Positions 1 through 7,656 of a DNA stretch of 64,000 nucleotides are shown here, in pieces (position 1 is the first letter of the stretch; every line of letters begins with the position of its first letter). The position numbers and the translations under genes are program-made. The stretch is from positions 928,001-992,000 of the forward strand of contig CAXXUK010000001.1 of NCBI GenBank assembly GCA_963665125.2, given 5' to 3'. The notes below the pieces were generated by a model. That model made no database searches and had not been told where the DNA came from. It was given only the letters and a program-made list of their open reading frames with translations. This DNA is from an uncultured Desulfarculus sp. Its GTDB lineage: Bacteria; Desulfobacterota; Desulfarculia; Desulfarculales; Desulfarculaceae.

Positions 1-2
1 TG

Positions 3-572
3 GTCGATGACACGCCCATCGGCGTCAGAATCAAGGCCTTGCGCGAGCAAAAGGGGCTTGATCTGAAAGATGTCGCCCAGCGAACCGGCCTCGCCCAGGC
101 GGAGGTCTCGGCCATCGAGGCGGGGCAGACCAGTCCGCCCCTGGGAGTGCTGATCAAACTGGGCAAGGCCCTGGGCACCGAACTGGGCACCTTGTTCGCC
201 ACGGGCCGCACGGTGCCGTACGTAATCGTCCGCCAGGCCGACCGCACGCAGATGCACCGCCGCCCGGCGGACCGCGACACAAACTACGGCTACTCTTACG
301 AACACCTGGCCCAGGCCAAGTGCAACCGCACAATGGAGCCCTTTGTCGTCACCCTCAAGCCCAACACCGAGGTCAAACCGCCATCTTCCCATGACGGCGA
401 GGAATTCATCTTCGTCCTCAGCGGCAGTATGGAAGCCCTGGTCGGTGACGCCACGGAAATTCTGGAACCCGGCGACAGCATCTACTACGACTCCAACGTG
501 CCCCACCTGGTGCGCGCCTATGGCGACGAACCAACCCAGATCCTTGCCGTATTGACCAGCGGCGGTAAATAG
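3..572 (+). CDS. XRE-family HTH + cupin transcriptional regulator (5' end probably outside the window)
   Basis: Frame is open from position 3. HTH_3-like segment LKDVAQRTGL...VSAIEAGQTSPPLG, then cupin motifs HDGEEFIFVLSG and GDSIYYDSNVPH. Confidence 0.85.
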   Translation, partial: VDDTPIGVRIKALREQKGLDLKDVAQRTGLAQAEVSAIEAGQTSPPLGVLIKLGKALGTELGTLFATGRTVPYVIVRQADRTQMHRRPADRDTNYGYSYEHLAQAKCNRTMEPFVVTLKPNTEVKPPSSHDGEEFIFVLSGSMEALVGDATEILEPGDSIYYDSNVPHLVRAYGDEPTQILAVLTSGGK

Positions 573-577
573 AACTC

Positions 578-844
578 TTGGGGGAAACCTTTTTCTTTTG
601 TAGCCAAAAGAAAAAGGTTTCCCCCAAACCCCCTTCCAAAAAGAAAAGCGCATTGCGCCCCTGATTTGGCCAATGGCCAAATCAGGGGCGCCGGTTTTTG
701 CTCGCAGGTGTGTATTCCATAACCAGACTTTACAAACCCGCCAAGCACGCAAAACACCGCGAAAGCATTTACGCCTCAGGCGGAAAAGGTTTCGCGGAAA
801 AGTTTTTGCGGGGTTTGGGGGGCTTTTTTCAAAAAGCCCCCCAA
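578..844. repeat. Multi-hairpin REP/MITE-like intergenic element, copy 1
   Basis: Perfect 23-bp stem at 578-627, 17-bp stem at 655-691, imperfect stem at about 757-797 and G6/C6 stem at 815-844. A related inverted copy lies at 32244-32426. Confidence 0.8.
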
Positions 845-848
845 TAAA

Positions 849-891
849 TTGACAACTGGTAATATCTATATCATAATCAGGTAATACCTGA
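849..891 (+). promoter_or_regulatory. sigma70 promoter with overlapping FadR-like operator
   Basis: TTGACA (849-854), 17 bp, CATAAT (872-877). Palindrome TCAGGTA-A-TACCTGA at 877-891 resembles FadR/GntR boxes. Confidence 0.65.
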
Positions 892-919
892 AATCATACC
901 AGGTCGGTTGTGAGGGTTT

Positions 920-1630
920 ATGGCCATAGAAAAAGACGGCAGGCGGCTGTCGGACATAGTTGAGGAAGAGCTGATACAGCGGATGGTTAGCGGCGTGTAT
1001 CCCGTGGGCGGGACGTTGCCTCTGGAGCGGGAATTGGCCGCCGAGTTGGGGGTGGGTCGTCCGACCTTGCGGGAGGCCATCCAGCGTTTGGAGCGCGACG
1101 GCTGGCTCAGTGTGCGCAAGGGCCAGGCCACCAGGGTCAATGACTATTGGCGCACAGGCAACATTAATATAATCGCCACATTGGCCCATCAGCCAAAGTT
1201 CGTTGACGACAGGTTCGTGCAATATCTTCTGGAACTGCGGGTGGCTCTGGCCCCGTTTTATATCAAGTCGGCCGTGCAGGCAAACGCGCCTCGGGCCGTG
1301 GCGGCCCTGGTGGATCACGAGCGCTTGGGCGACGATCCGGAAGAGTTCGCCCGGTTTGACTGGGGTTTGCAAAAAGCCCTGGCGGCCATCGCGCCAAACC
1401 CGGTGTACACCCTGATGCTCAATTCATTTGATCAGGTCTATATTCCCGCGGCCACTGAATACTTTGCCATACGGATGAACAGGGACAATTCCAGGCGCTT
1501 TTACCGGCGGCTGATCGAGGCGGCCATGGCGGGAAACCCGCAATTGGCCGAGGAAGTGGCCCTGGAGGTCATGAACACCGCTGCCGAGTCCTGGCGGGAA
1601 GCAAAACTACAAAGACAAGAGGCGGTCTGA
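920..1630 (+). CDS. fadR: FadR-type (GntR family) fatty-acid-responsive regulator
   Basis: LPLERELAAELGVGRPTLREAIQRLERDGWL...TRVNDYWRTG closely follows the E. coli FadR N-terminus (LREVLQRLARDGWL...TKVNNFWETSG). Confidence 0.75.
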   Translation: MAIEKDGRRLSDIVEEELIQRMVSGVYPVGGTLPLERELAAELGVGRPTLREAIQRLERDGWLSVRKGQATRVNDYWRTGNINIIATLAHQPKFVDDRFVQYLLELRVALAPFYIKSAVQANAPRAVAALVDHERLGDDPEEFARFDWGLQKALAAIAPNPVYTLMLNSFDQVYIPAATEYFAIRMNRDNSRRFYRRLIEAAMAGNPQLAEEVALEVMNTAAESWREAKLQRQEAV

Positions 1631-3222
1631 TGAGACGTTGGAATGGTTGGGGGGACGAAACCGTTACTTTGGATGTTCCCCAGTCCGCTGTGGAATTTAT
1701 TCAATCCAAGCTGGGCAAGGGGCGGCCGGTTCGTGACGTGACCAGGGAAGAGGCCGTGGCGGCGGTGCCGCCGTCGCGACTGACTGACCACGCCCTGTTG
1801 GACAAGGACCCATACGGCCGCCTGCGTCACAGCATAGGCGAAAGCCTGCCCGATATGATCGCCGTGCGCGGCGGGAACATACCGGGCTATGTCGATGCCG
1901 TGGCCAATCCTGCCACTGACGATGAAGTGCGGCAGGTGCTGGGCTTGGCCAAGGATACCGGCGCGGCGGTTATCCCCTATGGCGGCGGCACCAGCGTGGT
2001 GGGCCACCTGGACCCCGGCGGCCTGGACCGTCCGGTGATCAGCCTGGACATGGGCCGCCACAGCGCCATGTTGGAGTTTGACGGCAAAGGCTGTCTGGCC
2101 ACCTTTGGGGCGGGCATTGCCGGGCCGGACATCGAGGCCAATCTGCGGGCCAAGGGCTTCACTCTGGGCCATTATCCCCAGTCGTGGGAGCTGTCGACCC
2201 TGGGCGGATGGGTGGCCTCGCGCTCCAGTGGGCAGTTTTCCCTGGGCTACGGCCGCATCGAGTCGCTGTTTATCGGCGGGGCCATGGAGACGCCCCTGGG
2301 CCGTTTGGAAATGCTGCCTCATCCGGCGTCCGCCGGCGGGCCCAGCGTCAAGGAGGCCGTGCTGGGCAGCGAGGGCCGCATGGGCGTGATCACCCGCTGC
2401 ACGGTGAAGATATCGCCTCTGCCCGAGGTGGAAGAGTTTTACGGCGCGTTTTTCCCGGACCAGGATAGGGCCATGGCCGCTGTGCGGGAGATGGCCCAGG
2501 CCGGCCTGAACCTGACCATGCTGCGCCTGAGCCTGCCCATGGAGACCGAGACTTCGCTGAACCTGAGCGGCGGCGGTCAGAGCATCGAGATACTCAAGAA
2601 ATATCTGGAGTGGCGGGGCGTGCGCCGGGATATGTGCATGCTGCTCTACGGCATCTGCGGGAGCAAGGTCCGGGCCCATTGGACCATCAAGGCGGCCAAG
2701 GCAATCATACGCCATCACGCCGGGGTGGGCGTGGGCCAGACGCCGGGCCGCAAGTGGCACAAAGACCGCTTCCGGTTGCCCTATGTGCGCAATAATCTGT
2801 GGGAACTGGGATATGCCGCCGACACCCTTGAGACTGCCGTGCCTTGGAAGGACGTAACCCGTACGGTGGGCGCCGTGGAAAAGGCCTTGCGCACCGGTTT
2901 GGAGCATCTGGGGGAAAAGGTGCATGTCTTTACCCATCTTTCGCATATCTACTCCAACGGCTCGAGCATCTACACCTCGTATGTCTTTCGTCTGGGCGCG
3001 GACCCGGCCGAGACCCTGGAGCGCTGGCGCATCCTCAAGACAGCGGCCAGCCGGGCCCTGGTGGAGTGCAGGGGCACCATCAGCCACCAGCACGGCGTGG
3101 GCCTGGATCACAAGCACTATCTGCCAGCCGAAAAGGGGCCTCTGGGTATGGACATCATCAAGGCCCAGTGCCGGGCCGTGGACCCGGAGGGCATGATGAA
3201 TCCGGGCAAGCTCTTTGACTGA
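1630..3222 (+). CDS. FAD-binding oxidoreductase, alkyl-dihydroxyacetonephosphate synthase (AGPS)-like
   Basis: RRWNGWG N-terminus, PYGGGTSVVG, GHYPQSWELSTLGGW, HLSHIY, TISHQHGVG and MNPGK motifs. Start overlaps the fadR stop. Confidence 0.85.
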   Translation: MRRWNGWGDETVTLDVPQSAVEFIQSKLGKGRPVRDVTREEAVAAVPPSRLTDHALLDKDPYGRLRHSIGESLPDMIAVRGGNIPGYVDAVANPATDDEVRQVLGLAKDTGAAVIPYGGGTSVVGHLDPGGLDRPVISLDMGRHSAMLEFDGKGCLATFGAGIAGPDIEANLRAKGFTLGHYPQSWELSTLGGWVASRSSGQFSLGYGRIESLFIGGAMETPLGRLEMLPHPASAGGPSVKEAVLGSEGRMGVITRCTVKISPLPEVEEFYGAFFPDQDRAMAAVREMAQAGLNLTMLRLSLPMETETSLNLSGGGQSIEILKKYLEWRGVRRDMCMLLYGICGSKVRAHWTIKAAKAIIRHHAGVGVGQTPGRKWHKDRFRLPYVRNNLWELGYAADTLETAVPWKDVTRTVGAVEKALRTGLEHLGEKVHVFTHLSHIYSNGSSIYTSYVFRLGADPAETLERWRILKTAASRALVECRGTISHQHGVGLDHKHYLPAEKGPLGMDIIKAQCRAVDPEGMMNPGKLFD

Positions 3223-3235
3223 TTAGGAGCGGACA

Positions 3236-4810
3236 ATGACCCGTGAACAAATAATTCAAGGCCTGGTTCAGCCATGGGACGTCGTGGTCATCGGCGGCGG
3301 CATCAACGGAGCCGGTGTCTTCAGCCGGGCGGCCGCCCAGGGCCTCAAGGTGTTGCTGCTGGAGCAGCGGGACTTTGGTTGGGGCACTTCCAGCCGTTCG
3401 GGCAAGATGGTCCACGGCGGCCTGCGCTATTTGTTGCAGGGCCAGCCCCGCACCACCTGGCATTCGGTCCACGAACGGGAAAAGCTACTGAGGCATTACG
3501 GCGGCCTGGTGGAGCATCTGGGCTTTTTGTTTCCCATGCCCAAGAAGCTGGCCCTGGCCAAGCCCGTGGTCCACGCTCTTTTGTCCGGCTATGAGCTGAT
3601 GGCCGGACGCCTGAGCTACAAGTTCCACAAGGGAGAGCGGTTTTCCCTGCTGGCCCCCCGGGTGGCCGCGACAAAGCTATGCGGCGGTTTTTCCTTCAGC
3701 GACGCTACGGCCGACGACGCCCGCTTGGTCTGGCGCGTGTTGCAGCGGGGCAAGGTGCTGGGCGGCGCGGCCCTGAACTATGCCGCGGTCCGGGAACTGA
3801 TTCGCGCGCCCCGCGGCGAGGTCCGGGGCGTGCTGGTCCAGGACATGCTCACCGGCAAGACCCATGAAGTGGCCGCCAGGGTGGTCATCAACGCCTCGGG
3901 GGCCTGGACCGATGACGTGCGGGCCCATCTGGGCCAACCGGCCCGGTTGCGCCGTCTGCGGGGCAGCCATATCGTGATTCCCCGCTGGCGTCTGCCCCTG
4001 AGCCAGGCCGTCGGCATCAAACATCCCACGGATGGCCGGTCAATGTATATAATGCCATGGGAGGGAGCGACCATGGTGGGCACCACCGATATCGACCACC
4101 ATGAGGATATCTATCAGGAACCGCATATTACGCCGGAAGAGGGCGATTATTTGCTGGAAGCCGTGGATTATTGGTTCCCGTCGGCCGGAATCGTCAAGTC
4201 TGACGTGATCAGCACCTTCTCCGGCGTGCGTCCGGTGATCAACACCGGCAAGGCCGACCCCTCGAAAGAGTCGCGGGACCACGCGATCTGGGATGAGGAC
4301 GGCCTGGTGACCATGACCGGCGGCAAGCTGACCACCTTCGGCATCGTGGCGGGCCAGGGCCTGGATGCGGCGGCCAAGTGGCTGCGGGGTTCGCACATGG
4401 TCGAAAGTGACGCCCGGCGGGCCTCGGACGACTACGACAGCCCCGGCGATGGCCAAATGGGCGATGACGCCTTCATGCGCCGCCTTAGCGGGCGATACGG
4501 CGCCGACGCCCCGGGCGTGGCCGTGCTGGCCGCCGAACCTGACGGCGGCCGCATAGGCGACACGTCGTTTTTGTGGGCCGAGCTGAAATGGGCGGCCCTG
4601 CACGAACAGGCGGTGAACCTGGAAGACATCATGCTGCGCCGCACACGGCTGGGCCTTCTGCTGCCTGGTGGCGGCAGGGACCTGATGGACAGGGTTCGCG
4701 CACAAGTGCAACAGGCCATGGGCTGGGACGACCGGCAATGGCAGGACCAGCAGCGGGCCTATCTGGACCTGTGGGACAGGGCCTACAGCCCTGGTCTGGT
4801 CGCCTGCTGA
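3236..4810 (+). CDS. FAD-dependent glycerol-3-phosphate dehydrogenase/oxidase family (GlpD-like)
   Basis: DVVVIGGGING, GTSSRSGKMVHGGLRYL, DDARL, GGKLTT and RRTRLG motifs. Confidence 0.88.
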   Translation: MTREQIIQGLVQPWDVVVIGGGINGAGVFSRAAAQGLKVLLLEQRDFGWGTSSRSGKMVHGGLRYLLQGQPRTTWHSVHEREKLLRHYGGLVEHLGFLFPMPKKLALAKPVVHALLSGYELMAGRLSYKFHKGERFSLLAPRVAATKLCGGFSFSDATADDARLVWRVLQRGKVLGGAALNYAAVRELIRAPRGEVRGVLVQDMLTGKTHEVAARVVINASGAWTDDVRAHLGQPARLRRLRGSHIVIPRWRLPLSQAVGIKHPTDGRSMYIMPWEGATMVGTTDIDHHEDIYQEPHITPEEGDYLLEAVDYWFPSAGIVKSDVISTFSGVRPVINTGKADPSKESRDHAIWDEDGLVTMTGGKLTTFGIVAGQGLDAAAKWLRGSHMVESDARRASDDYDSPGDGQMGDDAFMRRLSGRYGADAPGVAVLAAEPDGGRIGDTSFLWAELKWAALHEQAVNLEDIMLRRTRLGLLLPGGGRDLMDRVRAQVQQAMGWDDRQWQDQQRAYLDLWDRAYSPGLVAC

Positions 4811-4823
4811 TATTGACTGATTC

Positions 4824-6419
4824 ATGAGGAGCAAAATTAGCGTGAGCGGCAAACGGCACGTGATGGCCATTGATGTGGGGACCCAAAGCACCAGGGCCTT
4901 TATCTTCAACGATAAGGGCGAAATAATGGCCTCGGCCCGCTCCATCTATGACCCAGCCTATGTTTCGCCCCATCCGGGCTGGGCCGAGCAGGATCCGGAC
5001 ATGTACTGGTACAAGGTTTGCCTGGTCTGCCGCCAGTTGTGGCAAAACAGCCCCGTGGCCCCGGATGACCTGGCTGCCGTGGCCCTGACCAGCCAGCGCA
5101 ACACTCTGATCAATCTTGATAAAGACAAAAAACCGCTACGGCCGGCCATCGTCTGGCTGGACCAGCGCCGGGCCAGCGACTTCAGCGCCATACCCCGCTG
5201 GCTGCGGGCCGCGTTTGGCCTGGTGGGCCAGGGCGCTACGGTGGATTACCTCATGGCCGAAGCCGAGGTGAACTGGATTCGGCAGCACCAGCCGGAAGTG
5301 CTGCGCCAAACCGCGCACATGCTCTTTTTGTCGGGGTATATCAATTACAAACTGTCGGGCAGGGTGGCCGATTCAGTGGGAAGCTGCGTGGGCTACGTCC
5401 CGTTTGATTATAAAAAGCTTACCTGGGCCGGGCCACTGTCCTGGCGCTGGCGGGCTCTGCCCATTGAGAAGCAGTGGTTGTTCGATCTGGTGCGGCCCGG
5501 AGAAGAGCTGGGCCGGATATCGCCCGGCGCGGCCGAAGCAACGGGCATTCCCCAGGGACTGCCCATCATTGCCGGCGCCTCGGACAAGGCCTGCGAAGTG
5601 CTGGGTTCGGGCTGCCTGGAGCCCCACCAGGCGGGCATAGGCCTGGGCACCACGGCGACCATCAACGTCAACTCCGACAAATATATCGAGCCGATAACCC
5701 TGCTGCCGCCTTATCCCAGCGCCAAGGCCGGATCGTACAATCTGGAAGTGCAGATCTACCGCGGCTTCTGGATGGTCACCTGGTTCAAGGAGCAGTTCGC
5801 CCAACTGGAGCAGGAGGCGGCCCGGCAGAGGGGAATAGCCGCCGAGGAACTGCTGGAGGAACTGGCTCTGGAGGTGCCGCCGGGTTCGCTGGGCCTTGTG
5901 TTGCAGCCGTATTGGAGCCCCGGCGTGCGTTTTCCCGGACCGGAGGCCAAGGGCGCCATTATCGGATTCGGCAGCGCCCACCACAAGCAGCATATGTACC
6001 GGGCAATGCTGGAGGGATTGGCCTACGCCCTGCGGGACGGCAGGGAGCGCATCGAGAAACGCACCAAAAAGCCCATTTCCGAATTATGGATAAGCGGCGG
6101 CGGTTCCCGCAGCGATCTGGCCATGCAGATTCATGCAGACGTGTTCAACCTGCCGGCAGCCAGGCCCCATGTGTATGAGGCCTCTGGGCTGGGCGCGGCC
6201 ATATTGGCGGCGGTTGGTTCGGGAGTGCACAACAATCTTGATCAGGCCGTGGCGGCAATGACCAGGAAGGGGCGCGTGTTCGAGCCCATAGGCCAAAACA
6301 CCCGCATCTATGACGAGATATACGACAAGGTTTACAGCCGTATGTATGGCCGGTTGAAGAAATTCTATAACCACCTTATGGAAATAACCGGCTATCCCAC
6401 GCCACCGGGCCAGGAATGA
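4824..6419 (+). CDS. FGGY-family carbohydrate/glycerol kinase
   Basis: AIDVGTQSTRA, WAEQDP, AIVWLDQR, SGGGSRSD and EASGLGAA motifs. Confidence 0.88.
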   Translation: MRSKISVSGKRHVMAIDVGTQSTRAFIFNDKGEIMASARSIYDPAYVSPHPGWAEQDPDMYWYKVCLVCRQLWQNSPVAPDDLAAVALTSQRNTLINLDKDKKPLRPAIVWLDQRRASDFSAIPRWLRAAFGLVGQGATVDYLMAEAEVNWIRQHQPEVLRQTAHMLFLSGYINYKLSGRVADSVGSCVGYVPFDYKKLTWAGPLSWRWRALPIEKQWLFDLVRPGEELGRISPGAAEATGIPQGLPIIAGASDKACEVLGSGCLEPHQAGIGLGTTATINVNSDKYIEPITLLPPYPSAKAGSYNLEVQIYRGFWMVTWFKEQFAQLEQEAARQRGIAAEELLEELALEVPPGSLGLVLQPYWSPGVRFPGPEAKGAIIGFGSAHHKQHMYRAMLEGLAYALRDGRERIEKRTKKPISELWISGGGSRSDLAMQIHADVFNLPAARPHVYEASGLGAAILAAVGSGVHNNLDQAVAAMTRKGRVFEPIGQNTRIYDEIYDKVYSRMYGRLKKFYNHLMEITGYPTPPGQE

Positions 6420-6491
6420 TTATTAGCTTCTTAAGTTAATGATAACAGTCTGTTAGTTAAAAAACGAAAACATATTTCTTGACAAATTAGA

Positions 6492-6514
6492 GAATTAACA
6501 CTAACTGTTAATTC
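6492..6514. promoter_or_regulatory. Inverted repeat, putative operator
   Basis: GAATTAACA-N5-TGTTAATTC just after TTGACA (6479-6484) in an AT-rich intergenic region. Confidence 0.4.
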
Positions 6515-6559
6515 ATATATTAATTCGTAACCGGGCATGCCTGCCCGGTATGTCTTTGA

Positions 6560-7354
6560 ATGTCGGCTTTTCCCATTGATCAGGGGTTGAACCGCACCTT
6601 GAATAAAACACGTTTGACAATCCCCGCTATCGTTGCCGCATTAGTGCTGAGTTGCACTGCCTGTTACGCCCTGGACAGCTGCTCCCTGATGTCACAGGCT
6701 GAAAACCTTTTCATGCAGCGCGAGGATATGGCCAAGGCCAGAGAATCCGTGGAATACTACCGCAAGGTTCTGGCCACGGACCCTGATTCGCTTACCGCCT
6801 CTTTGCGTCTGGCCCGGGTGCTGATCTATATCGGGGCGCAGTGCAACAGCCCGGAAGAAGAATCCCAGTATTACCAGGAAGCCATTGACGTTTCACGCCA
6901 GGCCTCCAAGCTTCATCCTGGCAAACCGGGGCCCCACTATTGGCTGGGCATGGCCTGCGGGCTGATGGGCGCGGCCAATGGCGGCATCGGCGCCTTGCCC
7001 TATATCGACGAGACCAAACAGCAAATGGCCATGGTCATGAAGCTGGACCCCAATTATGACTATGGCGGCGCCTACCGCATCCTGGGCCGCATGTACGCCC
7101 TGTTGCCGGGCATCGTGGGCGGCGATTATGACAAGGCCGAACAGATGCTCAGCGAGGCCTGCAAAATCGGTCCACAGTATCTGTTGAACCATCTCTATCT
7201 GGCCGACGTGTACATCCAGACGGACAGACCCAGCAAGGCCGAAAAAGTCCTGCAACAGGTTGTAAACACTTCCACCATGTCCGGTCTTGAGCCCGAGGAC
7301 AAGCTCTGGAAGATGCACGCGAGCCGCCTGTTGAACACCTGCATCATCCGCTGA
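6560..7354 (+). CDS. Exported TPR protein (TatT-like)
   Basis: Hydrophobic signal-like N-terminus and helical TPR repeats (HYWLGMACG, AYRILGRMY...GGDYDKAE, NHLYLA). Start codon uncertain. Confidence 0.6.
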   Translation: MSAFPIDQGLNRTLNKTRLTIPAIVAALVLSCTACYALDSCSLMSQAENLFMQREDMAKARESVEYYRKVLATDPDSLTASLRLARVLIYIGAQCNSPEEESQYYQEAIDVSRQASKLHPGKPGPHYWLGMACGLMGAANGGIGALPYIDETKQQMAMVMKLDPNYDYGGAYRILGRMYALLPGIVGGDYDKAEQMLSEACKIGPQYLLNHLYLADVYIQTDRPSKAEKVLQQVVNTSTMSGLEPEDKLWKMHASRLLNTCIIR

Positions 7355-7423
7355 AACTAGCTTCAGACCTAAGACATGTCTCCGGTCAAGTCTGGCCGTG
7401 AAACTGCATTGCTATGTAGATAA

Positions 7424-7594
7424 GCCCGGCCGGGGCCAGCGGTGTTCATGCGCGCACTGAGTATTGCCCGCGATACGGGAGCCCAAGCATTGGGCCTCGC
7501 GCCGCATCATCATGTTGAGACGCCCGGCCGGGGCCAGTGGTGTTCATGCGCACACTGAGTATTGCCCGCGATACGGGAGCCCAAGCATTGGGCC
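7424..7594. repeat. Tandem 73-bp structured direct repeat (2 copies)
   Basis: 7424-7496 and 7522-7594 differ at 2 positions, with a 25-bp spacer. Each copy holds CCCG-N5-CGGG and GCCCAA-N3-TTGGGC hairpins. Confidence 0.9.
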
Positions 7595-7621
7595 CAAAGT
7601 ATTGGGCACCAGATATTGTGC

Positions 7622-7650
7622 TTGACCGGATTTGGGGCGGCATATATAGT
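7622..7650 (+). promoter_or_regulatory. sigma70 promoter of recJ (possibly leaderless)
   Basis: TTGACC, 17 bp, TATAGT. The ATG at 7657 is 6 nt after the -10 box and has no SD. Confidence 0.5.
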
Positions 7651-7656
7651 GCGTGT

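Noticed and set aside
1501..3117. Long antisense ORFs (also 15836-16978, 21527-23101, 30377-32206, 42627-44297)
   Set aside because: They are shadows of high-GC genes on the opposite strand and carry no recognisable motifs.
7424..7594. CRISPR array or tRNA pair
   Set aside because: Only two units, the 73-bp repeat is longer than the spacer, there are no cas genes, and there is no TTC-loop or acceptor-stem consensus.
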